This document shows positions 41,170 to 49,685 of a stretch of DNA of 64,000 bases, piece after piece; position 1 is the first letter of the stretch; every line of letters begins with the position of its first letter. The DNA lies in assembly GCA_963844885.1 (NCBI GenBank), contig CAWJQA010000009.1, positions 78,125-142,124 of the forward strand. Direction: 5' to 3'. A program made the position numbers and the translations under genes. A model generated the notes under the pieces. That model was not told where the DNA came from. It was given only the letters and a program-made list of their open reading frames with translations, and ran no database searches. The stretch is from an uncultured Holophagales bacterium. Lineage in GTDB: Bacteria > Acidobacteriota > Thermoanaerobaculia > Multivoradales > UBA5704.

Positions 41170-42108
41170 TTGGCCTCGACACGCGTTCCCAGACAGCTCG
41201 ATTCCATAGAGATCCGGGTTCTCGGCGTCCTGCTGGAGAAGGAGCAGACGACGCCGGAAGCCTGCCCGCTCACGGTGAGCTCCGTGGTCACCGGGAGCAA
41301 CCAGAAGACGAACCGCGAGCCGGTGATGGACCTCACCGAGGGACAGGTGGTCGAGGCGCTGGAGCGGCTGCGCCAGGAGGTGCTGGTCTGGCGGACCGAG
41401 GGTGCGCGCAGCGAGAAGTGGCAGCAGAGCGTGGTGCGCCGCTGGGGCCTGGACCGGGCGGGAAAGGCGCTGATGACGCTCCTGCTGCTCCGCGGCGCCC
41501 AGACTCCCGGCGAGCTCCGCACCCGCAGTGAGCGCATGAACCCGTTCGCCTCGGTCCAGGACGTGGAGGCCGCCCTGCAGCGCATGGCAGGCATCGACGA
41601 GGCGCTGGTCCGCGAGCTGCCCCGCCGGCCCGGCCAGAAGGAGAACCGCTGGATCCACCTGGTAGGAGAGGTCGTCGAACCGGCTGAGCCGGCCGTGGCC
41701 GAGGTGCCGGAGAGGCCCCCGGCGAGCGCGCTCTCCGCCAGGGTGGAGCGCCTGGAGGCGGTGGTGGCGAAGCTGGCGGAGGAGGTTGAGGAGCTCGAAG
41801 CAGCTCCTGAGCTGAAGGACATAAAGGACCCAAGGGACCCAAAGGACATAAAGGACGGCGGGGAGAGTCTTCCTGGTCCTTTGAGTCCTTTATGTCCCTT
41901 ATGTCCTTTGGGTCCTTTCAGACCACCTCGATCCCCACCGGCCCCTCCAGCACCTCGCCGATCTCGGCCACCGTGTGGCCGGAAGACTGGAGAGAGCTCA
42001 CCAACAGGCCGGCCTGGTCCGGCGGCGTCGAGAGCAGCAGGCCGCCCGAGGTCTGGGGGTCGAAGAGGATCTCGCGGTGGACCCGGTCCAGCCGCGTCCG
42101 GTCGGTGA
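41170..42108 (+). CDS. yceH: YceH-like DUF480 protein; the 3' end is uncertain because the ORF reads through the repeat hairpin into antisense selD
   Basis: Strong similarity to E. coli YceH (LLEKEQTTPE, SNQKTNREPVM, LLLRGAQTPGELR). The expected end at ~215-225 aa falls inside the 9-mer array, and no in-frame stop occurs until 42108. Confidence 0.8.
   Translation: MASTRVPRQLDSIEIRVLGVLLEKEQTTPEACPLTVSSVVTGSNQKTNREPVMDLTEGQVVEALERLRQEVLVWRTEGARSEKWQQSVVRRWGLDRAGKALMTLLLLRGAQTPGELRTRSERMNPFASVQDVEAALQRMAGIDEALVRELPRRPGQKENRWIHLVGEVVEPAEPAVAEVPERPPASALSARVERLEAVVAKLAEEVEELEAAPELKDIKDPRDPKDIKDGGESLPGPLSPLCPLCPLGPFRPPRSPPAPPAPRRSRPPCGRKTGESSPTGRPGPAASRAAGRPRSGGRRGSRGGPGPAASGR
41814..41917. repeat. 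Inverted arrays of a 9-nt unit (AAGGACMYA x4.5, then its complement x4.5) forming a long imperfect hairpin
   Basis: The left arm is GAAGGACATAAAGGACCCAAGGGACCCAAAGGACATAAAGGAC. The right arm is GTCCTTTGAGTCCTTTATGTCCCTTATGTCCTTTGGGTCCTTTC. The right arm ends at the selD stop codon. Confidence 0.85.
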
Positions 42109-42970
42109 AGAAGGGCGCCGCGTCGGCCTCGTTGGCGTCCGTGCAGCCGGTGGAGATCCCCTTCTCGACCAGGCGGTAGAAGCCGTCGTGGACCGGCAGG
42201 CTCTCGAAGGCGATCCGCAGGCTCACTCCGGACGCCTTCGCCATGCCGAGGGCATGGCCGGCGAGCCCGAAACCGGTGATGTCCGTGGCGGCGTGGACGC
42301 CGTGGAGAAGCGCCATGCGGCCCGCCTCGGCGTTGAGCCTCTCCATCTCCTTCAACGCCGGCTCGAGGCCCGCTTCGTCGATCCGGTCCACCTTGAAGGC
42401 GTTGACCAGGACGCCGGTGCCGAGCGGCTTGGTGAGGACCAGCCGGTCTCCCGGCCGGGCCTTGGCGTTGGTGAGCAGGCGGTGGCGGTCCGCCTGGCCG
42501 ACCACGGCGAGGCCGAACTTGAGCTCCGCGTCGCGCACCGAATGCCCGCCGAGCAGCACCGCCCCGGCGTCGGCCAGGGCGCCGGCCGCGCCTTCGAGGA
42601 TGCCCTGGAGCGCCGGGGCGTCCGCCTCGTCGAGCGGCGGGAAGCAGCAGAGGTTCAGCGCGAACAGCGGCCGGCCGCCCATGGCGTAGACGTCGGAGAG
42701 CGAGTTGGCCGCCGCCACCCGGCCGAAGCGGCGCGGGTCGTCGCAGACCGGGGTGATGAAGTCCGCCGTCGCCACCAGGGCGATCTCGTCGAGGAGGTAG
42801 ACCCCGGCGTCGTCGGCGGTCTCCGGACCGACGAGGATCCTCTCATCCCGTCCGGCGAGCCGGACGAGCGGGCCGATCATGTCGGAAAGGTCCCCCGGAC
42901 CTATCTTGGCCGCTCAGCCACCGGTGGTGGCGCAGGCCGTGAGGCGGAATTTCCGCCGGAACAGTGCCAT
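41918..42970 (-). CDS. selD: Selenide, water dikinase with an in-frame UGA (selenocysteine) at codon 19
   Basis: The track ORF starts at an internal Met (42880). Extending in frame to ATG 42970 crosses a single TGA (42916-42914) and gives MALFRRKFRLTACATTGG-U-AAKIGPGDL. This aligns with E. coli [20 protein letters not shown], where the catalytic Cys17 sits. Confidence 0.85.
42888..42902 (-). promoter_or_regulatory. Candidate bacterial SECIS hairpin
   Basis: AGGUCC-GGG-GGACCU stem-loop begins 11 nt downstream of the UGA in the selD mRNA. Confidence 0.4.
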
Positions 42971-43082
42971 GGCGGCGCATTGTATCCGGGTTTCGCGCCG
43001 AGCCTTTACCCTTCACGGGTCGGCGTGTATTCTTGCCCGGAGCGCACACGAAGGTGAATTTCAGGAGAAGGAGAAACGATTC

Positions 43083-43679
43083 ATGCGAGCCAAGGTCTTC
43101 CTTCTGGGTTCGGTAGCTCTGCTGCTCCTTTCGACCGCCTGCAAGGAGACCCCGCCGGAGACTTCGCCCGCGGCTTCGCAGCCGGCGGCCGGCGGGGCCG
43201 GTCCCGCAGCCGCTGCTGCTCCGGCGGTGTCCCCGGCCGCGGCCGAGCCTTCCGGAGCCGCACCCGCCACTCTCCCCGCTTCCCCGGCTCAGGAGAGCGT
43301 CCTCGCCAGCCAGGAGACCAACTGGAACGGAGTGGTGGCGGAGGTGACCGAATTCCGGCGCAAGGGCAACACGCTCACCGCCAAGATCCGCCTGCGCAAC
43401 CAGGGCGGCGCCGAAATCCAGCCCGAGATCCGGTACGAAGAGGTCTACGTCATGGATCTGGCCGCCGGCAAGAAGTACACGACGCTCCAGGACGAAGCCG
43501 GCTCCTACATCGCCGCGCTACGCTCCGGCTGGAAGGACCGCTGGTACAACACTCTCAAGCCGGGGCAGAGCCAGCTCCTGTGGATGAAATTCCCGGCGCC
43601 ACCCGCCGAGGTCCGGGCGGTGACCCTGCAGATCCCCGGCATGCCGCCGTTCGAGGATCTGGCGATCCAGGACTCCTGA
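43083..43679 (+). CDS. Lipoprotein of unknown function
   Basis: AGGAGAAGGAGA RBS and a lipobox (LLLLSTAC), followed by an Ala/Pro-rich linker and a ~120-aa beta-rich domain. Confidence 0.75.
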   Translation: MRAKVFLLGSVALLLLSTACKETPPETSPAASQPAAGGAGPAAAAAPAVSPAAAEPSGAAPATLPASPAQESVLASQETNWNGVVAEVTEFRRKGNTLTAKIRLRNQGGAEIQPEIRYEEVYVMDLAAGKKYTTLQDEAGSYIAALRSGWKDRWYNTLKPGQSQLLWMKFPAPPAEVRAVTLQIPGMPPFEDLAIQDS

Positions 43680-43680
43680 G

Positions 43681-44295
43681 ATGGTTCTGCGACGGCTCGC
43701 CATGGCCGCGGTGCTCCTCGGTGTCCCGGTTCTCGCCGCCGCCTCCGATCCCGTGTACTCCGATCCCTGGGATCCGTCCACCGAGTCGGCGGCCGAGGCC
43801 GCCGTGGCCCGGCTCGGAGCGAAACGGGCTTTGGCGGTGAACCCTCTCGTGCTGGAGATCCGCGGTCTCGAGTCCGGCCTCGTGGCCACGGTCCAGGACG
43901 TCCGGCAGGCCATGCGGGATCTGGGCGCGAAGGAGACCGACCTCGAAGTCCGGGTCGAGCTCCCGGCAGACGTGCTTTTCGATTTCGACAAGGCCGTCAT
44001 CCGCGCCGACGCCTCGCGGGCCCTGGCCCAGGTCGCCACCCTGATCCGCGCCTACCCGTCCGGCAGCGCCACGCTCGAAGGCTACACCGATTCCAAGGGC
44101 GACGACGACTACAATCAGCGCCTCTCGGAGCGCCGGGCCGAAGCGGTCGAGCGCTGGCTGGTCGAAAAGGAGGGAATCGAGGCGGCGCGTCTGACCCCTC
44201 AGGGTCATGGGGAGAGCCGCCCTGTAGCCTCCAACGGCGACGAGGCCGGCCGGCAGAGGAACCGGCGCGTCGAGGTCGTGATCCGGAAGCAGTGA
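43681..44295 (+). CDS. OmpA-family (peptidoglycan-binding) protein
   Basis: FDFDKAVIR...GYTDSKGDDDYNQRLSERRA...NRRVEV, the canonical OmpA C-like domain. Confidence 0.9.
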   Translation: MVLRRLAMAAVLLGVPVLAAASDPVYSDPWDPSTESAAEAAVARLGAKRALAVNPLVLEIRGLESGLVATVQDVRQAMRDLGAKETDLEVRVELPADVLFDFDKAVIRADASRALAQVATLIRAYPSGSATLEGYTDSKGDDDYNQRLSERRAEAVERWLVEKEGIEAARLTPQGHGESRPVASNGDEAGRQRNRRVEVVIRKQ

Positions 44296-44349
44296 GCCGT
44301 CCCCGAGGGCGGCAGAATCATTTTCGCTTGAATTCAAGGGAGAGCCTGA

Positions 44350-45012
44350 ATGTACGACAAGCTTTCGACAGCTTTGCTTGCGGAGTTCATCGGCACCTTC
44401 GCCCTGATCTTCATCGGGGCGGGTGCCGGCGCGTTGGGTCAGGCCACGCTGGTGGGAGTCGCGTTCGCCCACGGGCTGGTGGTGCTCGCGTTCGCCTATG
44501 CCTACGGCCACATCTCCGGGACGCACATCAACCCGGCGGTGACGATCGGCGTCTGGACGGCCGGCAAGATGGACACGGCCCGGGCGTTCTCCTACATCTT
44601 CTTCCAGCTCCTGGGCGGCGTGGTGGCGGCGTTCACCCTCTCCTGGGTTCTGGGGAGCCAGCAGGGCAACCTCGGCGCCACGCTTCTGGCCCCCGGGGTC
44701 ACCCCGGCGGTCGGTGTCGTGCTGGAGGCGATCCTGACCTTCTTCCTGGTCAACACCGTCCTGAACGCGGCGGTCAGCGGCAAGGCCGGCAACATGGCCG
44801 GCGCCGCCATCGGCCTCACCCTGACCCTCGCCATCCTGATGGGCGGACCGCTCACCGGCGGCAGCCTGAACCCGGCGCGGAGTCTCGGCCCCGCCGTGGC
44901 TTCGGGGAACTTCGCCAACCTCTGGGTCTACTTCGTGGGTCCGATCCTGGGCGGCGTGGCCGCGGGACTGCTCTACAAGATGGTCTTCGAGGAGCACAAG
45001 GGCAAGCGCTAG
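44350..45012 (+). CDS. aqpZ: Aquaporin (MIP family)
   Basis: Two NPA boxes (HINPAVT, LNPARS). 220 aa. Confidence 0.95.
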   Translation: MYDKLSTALLAEFIGTFALIFIGAGAGALGQATLVGVAFAHGLVVLAFAYAYGHISGTHINPAVTIGVWTAGKMDTARAFSYIFFQLLGGVVAAFTLSWVLGSQQGNLGATLLAPGVTPAVGVVLEAILTFFLVNTVLNAAVSGKAGNMAGAAIGLTLTLAILMGGPLTGGSLNPARSLGPAVASGNFANLWVYFVGPILGGVAAGLLYKMVFEEHKGKR

Positions 45013-45036
45013 CCGCCGGATAGCCGCCGGCTCCCC

Positions 45037-46437
45037 CTACTTCTCGGGCAGCACGTCCGGCCACCAGCCTTTCGGGTCGTTCAACGGCAGGGGGCAGGTG
45101 GCTTGGACGTGCAGCTCGTGGAGCATGGGATGGTCGTGGCGGAGAGCCAGCCCGAAGCTGTCCGACCCGTCGTGGCCGGCGCAGCGGTAGTGTGTGCTGC
45201 CCAGGGGGATCAGGATCAGGAGGACGAGCGAGGCCGCGGTGTAGATCCAGAACCCGCGGACCACGAGCCCGGCTTTCGCCGGGCACCGGCTGCGCAGGAG
45301 CGCGCCCGTCCAGAGCACCAGCGGCAGCACCGCGGCGTGCAGGACGATCAGCGCCTGCCACATCATGATGGTCGTCGGCGACAGGGCGAACACGCCGGCC
45401 GCCGCGAGGAACGTCCAGAGCGCATACCCCTTGAGCCAGGTCCGGCCGGAGGCGGAGGCAGGCAACCGGCGGAGTGTCTTCCATCGGCGCCAGAGGCGGA
45501 GGTTGGCCAGGAAAGGGAGGATCGCCGTGAGGGGGAGGATCGCGCCCAGCACGAGAGAGACCCCGCGGCCGATCCTGGCACCCGGCTCCGGCGCCAGGAA
45601 ATCACCGAAGTCGAAGCGCGCCATCTTTTCCGACAGCGAGAGCGACGAGTAGCGTAGCCAGTAGAGGAGGCCGCGCACCAGCGGGAAGACGTAAAGAAGG
45701 CCGCGGCCGAGGAAACCCTTGTCCGCGGCGGTCAGGATCGCCGGCTGTGCCAGGAGGTCGCGGACCCAAGGCACGAGCGGCAGGGCGGCCACCGCGGCGC
45801 CCAAGATGCCGGCGGTCCAGTACGGCCGAAAGTATCCGCGCAGCCAGAGCAGCAGCGAGGCGAAGGCCAGCAGCAGGAACGAGGCGTGGATCTGGAGCGC
45901 CAGCACGAGCGTCGCGCCCAGGAGGAGAGACGGCCCGAACCGGGCGCGCTCGCGTTGCGCGAGGCAGGCCCAGAGGTGGACGGCACCGGCCAGGAAGAGG
46001 TAGTTCGGGTTCCAGAGGAAGGCCGAGAAGTACATCCGCCACGGGTTGAGCCAGTAGAGGAGCGCGAACAGCACGCGCTCGGCCGGGCTGACGATCCGCC
46101 GCAGCGTCCGGTCCAGGAGCCAGTACGCCAGGACGTGGAAGAGGAGGATGAGGGTTGTGGGCGCCCGGTGGTCCCGCCAGACCATCAGGGGGACCCCGAC
46201 CAGGACGCTCGTGATGCCGCCCGGTGCTTTGCCGCCGGTGGACATCGGGTTGCCGTAGGAGATCCAGCGCCCCTGGTCGGCCAGGAGCCAGCCGCGGGCG
46301 AGCAGGTTGAGCTGGTCGCCGCCCACCTGGCTGCGGACGACCATGGCGATCGAGATCGCCAGGCCGACGAGGAAAAATGCCCCGACGAGGCGGGAGGCGG
46401 TGCGGTCGGAGAGATATCGGAGGTATTGGAGATCCAT
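45037..46437 (-). CDS. Polytopic membrane protein, possibly a GT-C-type glycosyltransferase
   Basis: 466-aa intact ORF with at least 10 hydrophobic helices. No specific motif recognised. Confidence 0.7.
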   Translation of the reverse strand: MDLQYLRYLSDRTASRLVGAFFLVGLAISIAMVVRSQVGGDQLNLLARGWLLADQGRWISYGNPMSTGGKAPGGITSVLVGVPLMVWRDHRAPTTLILLFHVLAYWLLDRTLRRIVSPAERVLFALLYWLNPWRMYFSAFLWNPNYLFLAGAVHLWACLAQRERARFGPSLLLGATLVLALQIHASFLLLAFASLLLWLRGYFRPYWTAGILGAAVAALPLVPWVRDLLAQPAILTAADKGFLGRGLLYVFPLVRGLLYWLRYSSLSLSEKMARFDFGDFLAPEPGARIGRGVSLVLGAILPLTAILPFLANLRLWRRWKTLRRLPASASGRTWLKGYALWTFLAAAGVFALSPTTIMMWQALIVLHAAVLPLVLWTGALLRSRCPAKAGLVVRGFWIYTAASLVLLILIPLGSTHYRCAGHDGSDSFGLALRHDHPMLHELHVQATCPLPLNDPKGWWPDVLPEK

Positions 46438-46479
46438 GAGCTAGCCCGCGGATAGCGGGCAAGGATACTCTGCGGCTCC

Positions 46480-48477
46480 ATGGAGAGGAAGGAGGAGGTT
46501 CATCCGGGGCGCCGCCTGGCGCTGGCGGCCGTCCTGTATACGGCGATGGCGCTGCTCTATCTGTGGCCGGTCGGGCAGGTGTGGCAGGACCGCATCGCGC
46601 CCAACACCGAGGACCCCCTCTTCAACCTCTGGGTCCTGAAGTGGAGCGCGCACCAGATCCGCCTCGGGCTCCCCGATCTGTGGAACGCCAACGTCTACTG
46701 GCCCACCCACGGCACGCTGGCGCTCTCGGACCACCTGCTCGGTCCGGCGCTCCAGCTCGTCCTTTTCGAGTGCGTGGTCCCGAACGCGATCGCCGGCTAC
46801 AACGCGCTCTTCTTCACCTCGTTCGTGCTCACCGGGCTGGCGGTCTGTTGGGTGCTGCGCCGCGGCGGAGTCTCCTGGACGGCGGCGGTTCTGGCCGGGG
46901 CGATGTACGCCTTCTCGCCGTTCCGGATCAGCCAGCTCAACCACTTGCAGATCCTCCTGGCGCAGTGGGTGCCGCTCACGCTCTGGTTCTGGGACCGGCT
47001 GCTGGCCGAGAGGCCCGAGAGGAAGACACCCCGGCACGCGGTCCTCTTTCTCGTGTTCTACCTGCTCAACGTGAGCGGCGGCGCCTACCTGGCCTACATG
47101 GTCCACATCCCGATGCTGGTGCTCCTCCTCAACCGGCTCGTGATTCACGGTCGTACCTTGGTGGACGCCCGTTCGCTACGGGTGCTGCTGCCCGCGGGGT
47201 TGATCGCGGCGGCGGCGCTGGCCGCGGTGTTCCTCCCCTACGTCCGGATCGGGAAGGAGCTGGGGCTCTCCCGTGGCCCGGAGGAGGCCGGCACGTTCGG
47301 GGCGACGACTCTGAGCTGGCTGAGCCCGGCGCGGAATTCCCTCTGGTTCGGTCCGGTTGCGAAGTCGTTCGTGAAGCGCCGCCTCGGGCCGGCCGCGGAG
47401 CCGTTTTTCCGCTCGGAAAACTCCCTGTTCGCCGGCATCCTCCCGACGCTCCTGGCCGGGGTGGGGCTGTGGGCGGCGTGGCGAAGGCACCGCAATCCCG
47501 CGATCCCCTTGAGCCCCGTCCGGAAGACGGTTCTGGGGATGCTGCTCGCGCTGGCGGCGGCGGCCTGGATCGCCGGCGACGCCTTGACGCTCCTCGGAGA
47601 AGGCAAGGAGAGGATTCCGCCCTGGATGATCCCGGCCTGGTCCGGTCTCTTTTTCTTCGCCGCCGCCGCGCTCGCCTCCTGGGCCTGGCTGCGGCGCCGG
47701 TGGGGCCGCGGTCCGGTGCTGCGCTGGGGAGAGATGGATCCCTGGGTGCGGGGGCTCACGCTTTCGGCAGCCGCCTGCTTCGTGCTCGCCCACCCGATCG
47801 CCTATGTCCCCATGATGCGCATCCTCCCGGGACTGAACGGCATGCGGGTGCCGGCCCGGTTCGCGATCTTCGTCGGCCTGGCCGCCGTCCTGTTCGCGGC
47901 CAAGGGGATCGACTTTCTCCTGGCGCGGCTGAAGACGCGGCAGGCCCGGCTGGCGCTGACCGCGGCCCTGGCGCTGCTCCTGGCCGCCGAGCTGGCGCCG
48001 CGGCCGGTCCGCTGGGCGGTCCTGGAGCGGGAGGAGAACTTTCCCGAGGTCTACCACTGGATCGCGGCGCGGCAAGACGTCCGAGCCCTGGTCGAGCTGC
48101 CGGTGCGGCCGACCTCCGCCGAGATCGTCTACATGTACTACTCGACCCTGCACTGGAAGCCGATCGCGAACGGCTACAGCGGCTACTACCCCAAGAGCTT
48201 CGTGACCCTGACAGACCGGATGCGGCTCCTCCCGGACGAGGCGGGGCTGGACCTTTTATCCGACATGTGGGTCACGCACCTGGTGGTCCACACGAAGGCC
48301 TTCAAAGGCCGGATGGGGATGCTCCGGCGCTGGGAGCGGCAGTTCCTCGGCAGCCGTGTGGAGCTGGTCCACGTCTCCGGCGAGGCGCGGGTCTACCGGC
48401 TCAAAGCTGAAGCACCCCGAATCGGCCCGGTTTGTGGAAGTCGGCCGGGCGGGCGAGGGTCGGCGACCAGGCGCTGA
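46480..48477 (+). CDS. Large polytopic membrane protein (YfhO/GT-C-like architecture)
   Basis: 665 aa, with N-terminal multi-TM region and a C-terminal soluble domain. Divergent from the previous membrane gene. Confidence 0.7.
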   Translation: MERKEEVHPGRRLALAAVLYTAMALLYLWPVGQVWQDRIAPNTEDPLFNLWVLKWSAHQIRLGLPDLWNANVYWPTHGTLALSDHLLGPALQLVLFECVVPNAIAGYNALFFTSFVLTGLAVCWVLRRGGVSWTAAVLAGAMYAFSPFRISQLNHLQILLAQWVPLTLWFWDRLLAERPERKTPRHAVLFLVFYLLNVSGGAYLAYMVHIPMLVLLLNRLVIHGRTLVDARSLRVLLPAGLIAAAALAAVFLPYVRIGKELGLSRGPEEAGTFGATTLSWLSPARNSLWFGPVAKSFVKRRLGPAAEPFFRSENSLFAGILPTLLAGVGLWAAWRRHRNPAIPLSPVRKTVLGMLLALAAAAWIAGDALTLLGEGKERIPPWMIPAWSGLFFFAAAALASWAWLRRRWGRGPVLRWGEMDPWVRGLTLSAAACFVLAHPIAYVPMMRILPGLNGMRVPARFAIFVGLAAVLFAAKGIDFLLARLKTRQARLALTAALALLLAAELAPRPVRWAVLEREENFPEVYHWIAARQDVRALVELPVRPTSAEIVYMYYSTLHWKPIANGYSGYYPKSFVTLTDRMRLLPDEAGLDLLSDMWVTHLVVHTKAFKGRMGMLRRWERQFLGSRVELVHVSGEARVYRLKAEAPRIGPVCGSRPGGRGSATRR

Positions 48478-49033
48478 ATTCGGTATCGACGATATAGCCG
48501 CCGTCCCGCGGGCGGTCGATCCGGTAGAAGTTGGCCCGCCAGAGCCGCGGCCGCTCGGTAGCCACACCCTGCCACGGGATCGCCAGCTCGGCCCACCAGT
48601 CCTCCAGGTGATCACCCCGCCCGGCCGCCCAGCGCAACCCGGGACAGTCCCAGGCCACGTCCGCGGTCATGTCCTTCCTTATAGAGGTCGGGTTGTGGAC
48701 CCAGGCGTCGAAGACCACGCCGAGCGGGCTCACCTCGAATTCGGCATAGCGCACCGGGTCGTCCTCGCCGGGAGCCAGGAAGACCTCCACCACCTCCTCC
48801 TGCCAGAGCGGCTCGTCCCGCTTCCGGAAGGTGCCCCAGGCGTCCCGGTCCTCGCAGTCGAAGCGGACGTGGAGCGCCTCCTCGTCCTGACAGACGCGCA
48901 CGGCCGTGCCCTGAACCGGTACTCCGCTTCCGTCCGCGAGAACCAGGGGCGATAACGGCGGCACCTCGTCCCAACTTCCGGACCCGGGCCGGCGGGGGAC
49001 GGTCCAGCGGGGGATCGGAGGCGCCACGGTCAT
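48401..49033 (-). CDS. CBM9-like / DOMON-like carbohydrate-binding domain protein
   Basis: Pattern ALHVRFDCED...WQEEVVEVFL...YAEFEVSPLG...WWAELAIPW...WRANFYR. The start at 49033 was chosen to avoid overlap with the divergent gene. Confidence 0.55.
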   Translation of the reverse strand: MTVAPPIPRWTVPRRPGSGSWDEVPPLSPLVLADGSGVPVQGTAVRVCQDEEALHVRFDCEDRDAWGTFRKRDEPLWQEEVVEVFLAPGEDDPVRYAEFEVSPLGVVFDAWVHNPTSIRKDMTADVAWDCPGLRWAAGRGDHLEDWWAELAIPWQGVATERPRLWRANFYRIDRPRDGGYIVDTEFSAWSPTLARPADFHKPGRFGVLQL

Positions 49034-49061
49034 CTTCCATACGATAGACTCAACTCCACCC

Positions 49062-49685
49062 ATGGCGAAGCCGTTTCTCACCGACGAAGGCAAGCGGGCG
49101 TTCACCGACGCCGTCCGCGACGTGGAAGCTGTCACGAGCGCCGAGCTGGTGGTGGCGGTCCGGGCGCGCTCGGGCTCCTACCTGCACGCCGACCTGACGG
49201 CCGGCATCCTGGCGGGCGTCGGCGTGCTCGCCGTCCTCCTGTTCTCCCATTGGGAGTTCGGGCTCGCCTGGTTCGTTCTCGATCCGCTCCTGGTCGGGCT
49301 CCTGACCGGTTGGATCTCCTCCCGTTCGCCGGGCCTGCGGCGGGCGCTCACCGGTCCGGCCGACCGACGCCACCAGGCGGAGACCGCGGCCCGCGCCCTG
49401 TTCGTGGAAAAGCGCGTACACGGCACCGCCGGCCGTACCGGCATGCTTCTCTACATCTCCATCCTGGAGCGGGAGACCGTGCTGGTATACGACGTCGGCC
49501 TGGAGGCCCTGGCCGCCACCGAGTCGTGGAAGGAGACGGTCGCCGCGATCGAGACGGCGGTCCGCGACCGGGAGGACGGCGCCCAGGTAGCCCGGCGGGT
49601 GGGGGTGCTGGCGTCTCTGCTCGCTCCCGCGCTCCCGCGCGCTACCGACGACGTCGACGAGCTGGCCAACGAGGTCTGCGAGTGA
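49062..49685 (+). CDS. TPM-domain (DUF477-like) membrane protein
   Basis: FLTDEGKRAFTDAVRDVEAVTSAELVVAV is typical of TPM domains. Two TM helices. Confidence 0.55.
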   Translation: MAKPFLTDEGKRAFTDAVRDVEAVTSAELVVAVRARSGSYLHADLTAGILAGVGVLAVLLFSHWEFGLAWFVLDPLLVGLLTGWISSRSPGLRRALTGPADRRHQAETAARALFVEKRVHGTAGRTGMLLYISILERETVLVYDVGLEALAATESWKETVAAIETAVRDREDGAQVARRVGVLASLLAPALPRATDDVDELANEVCE

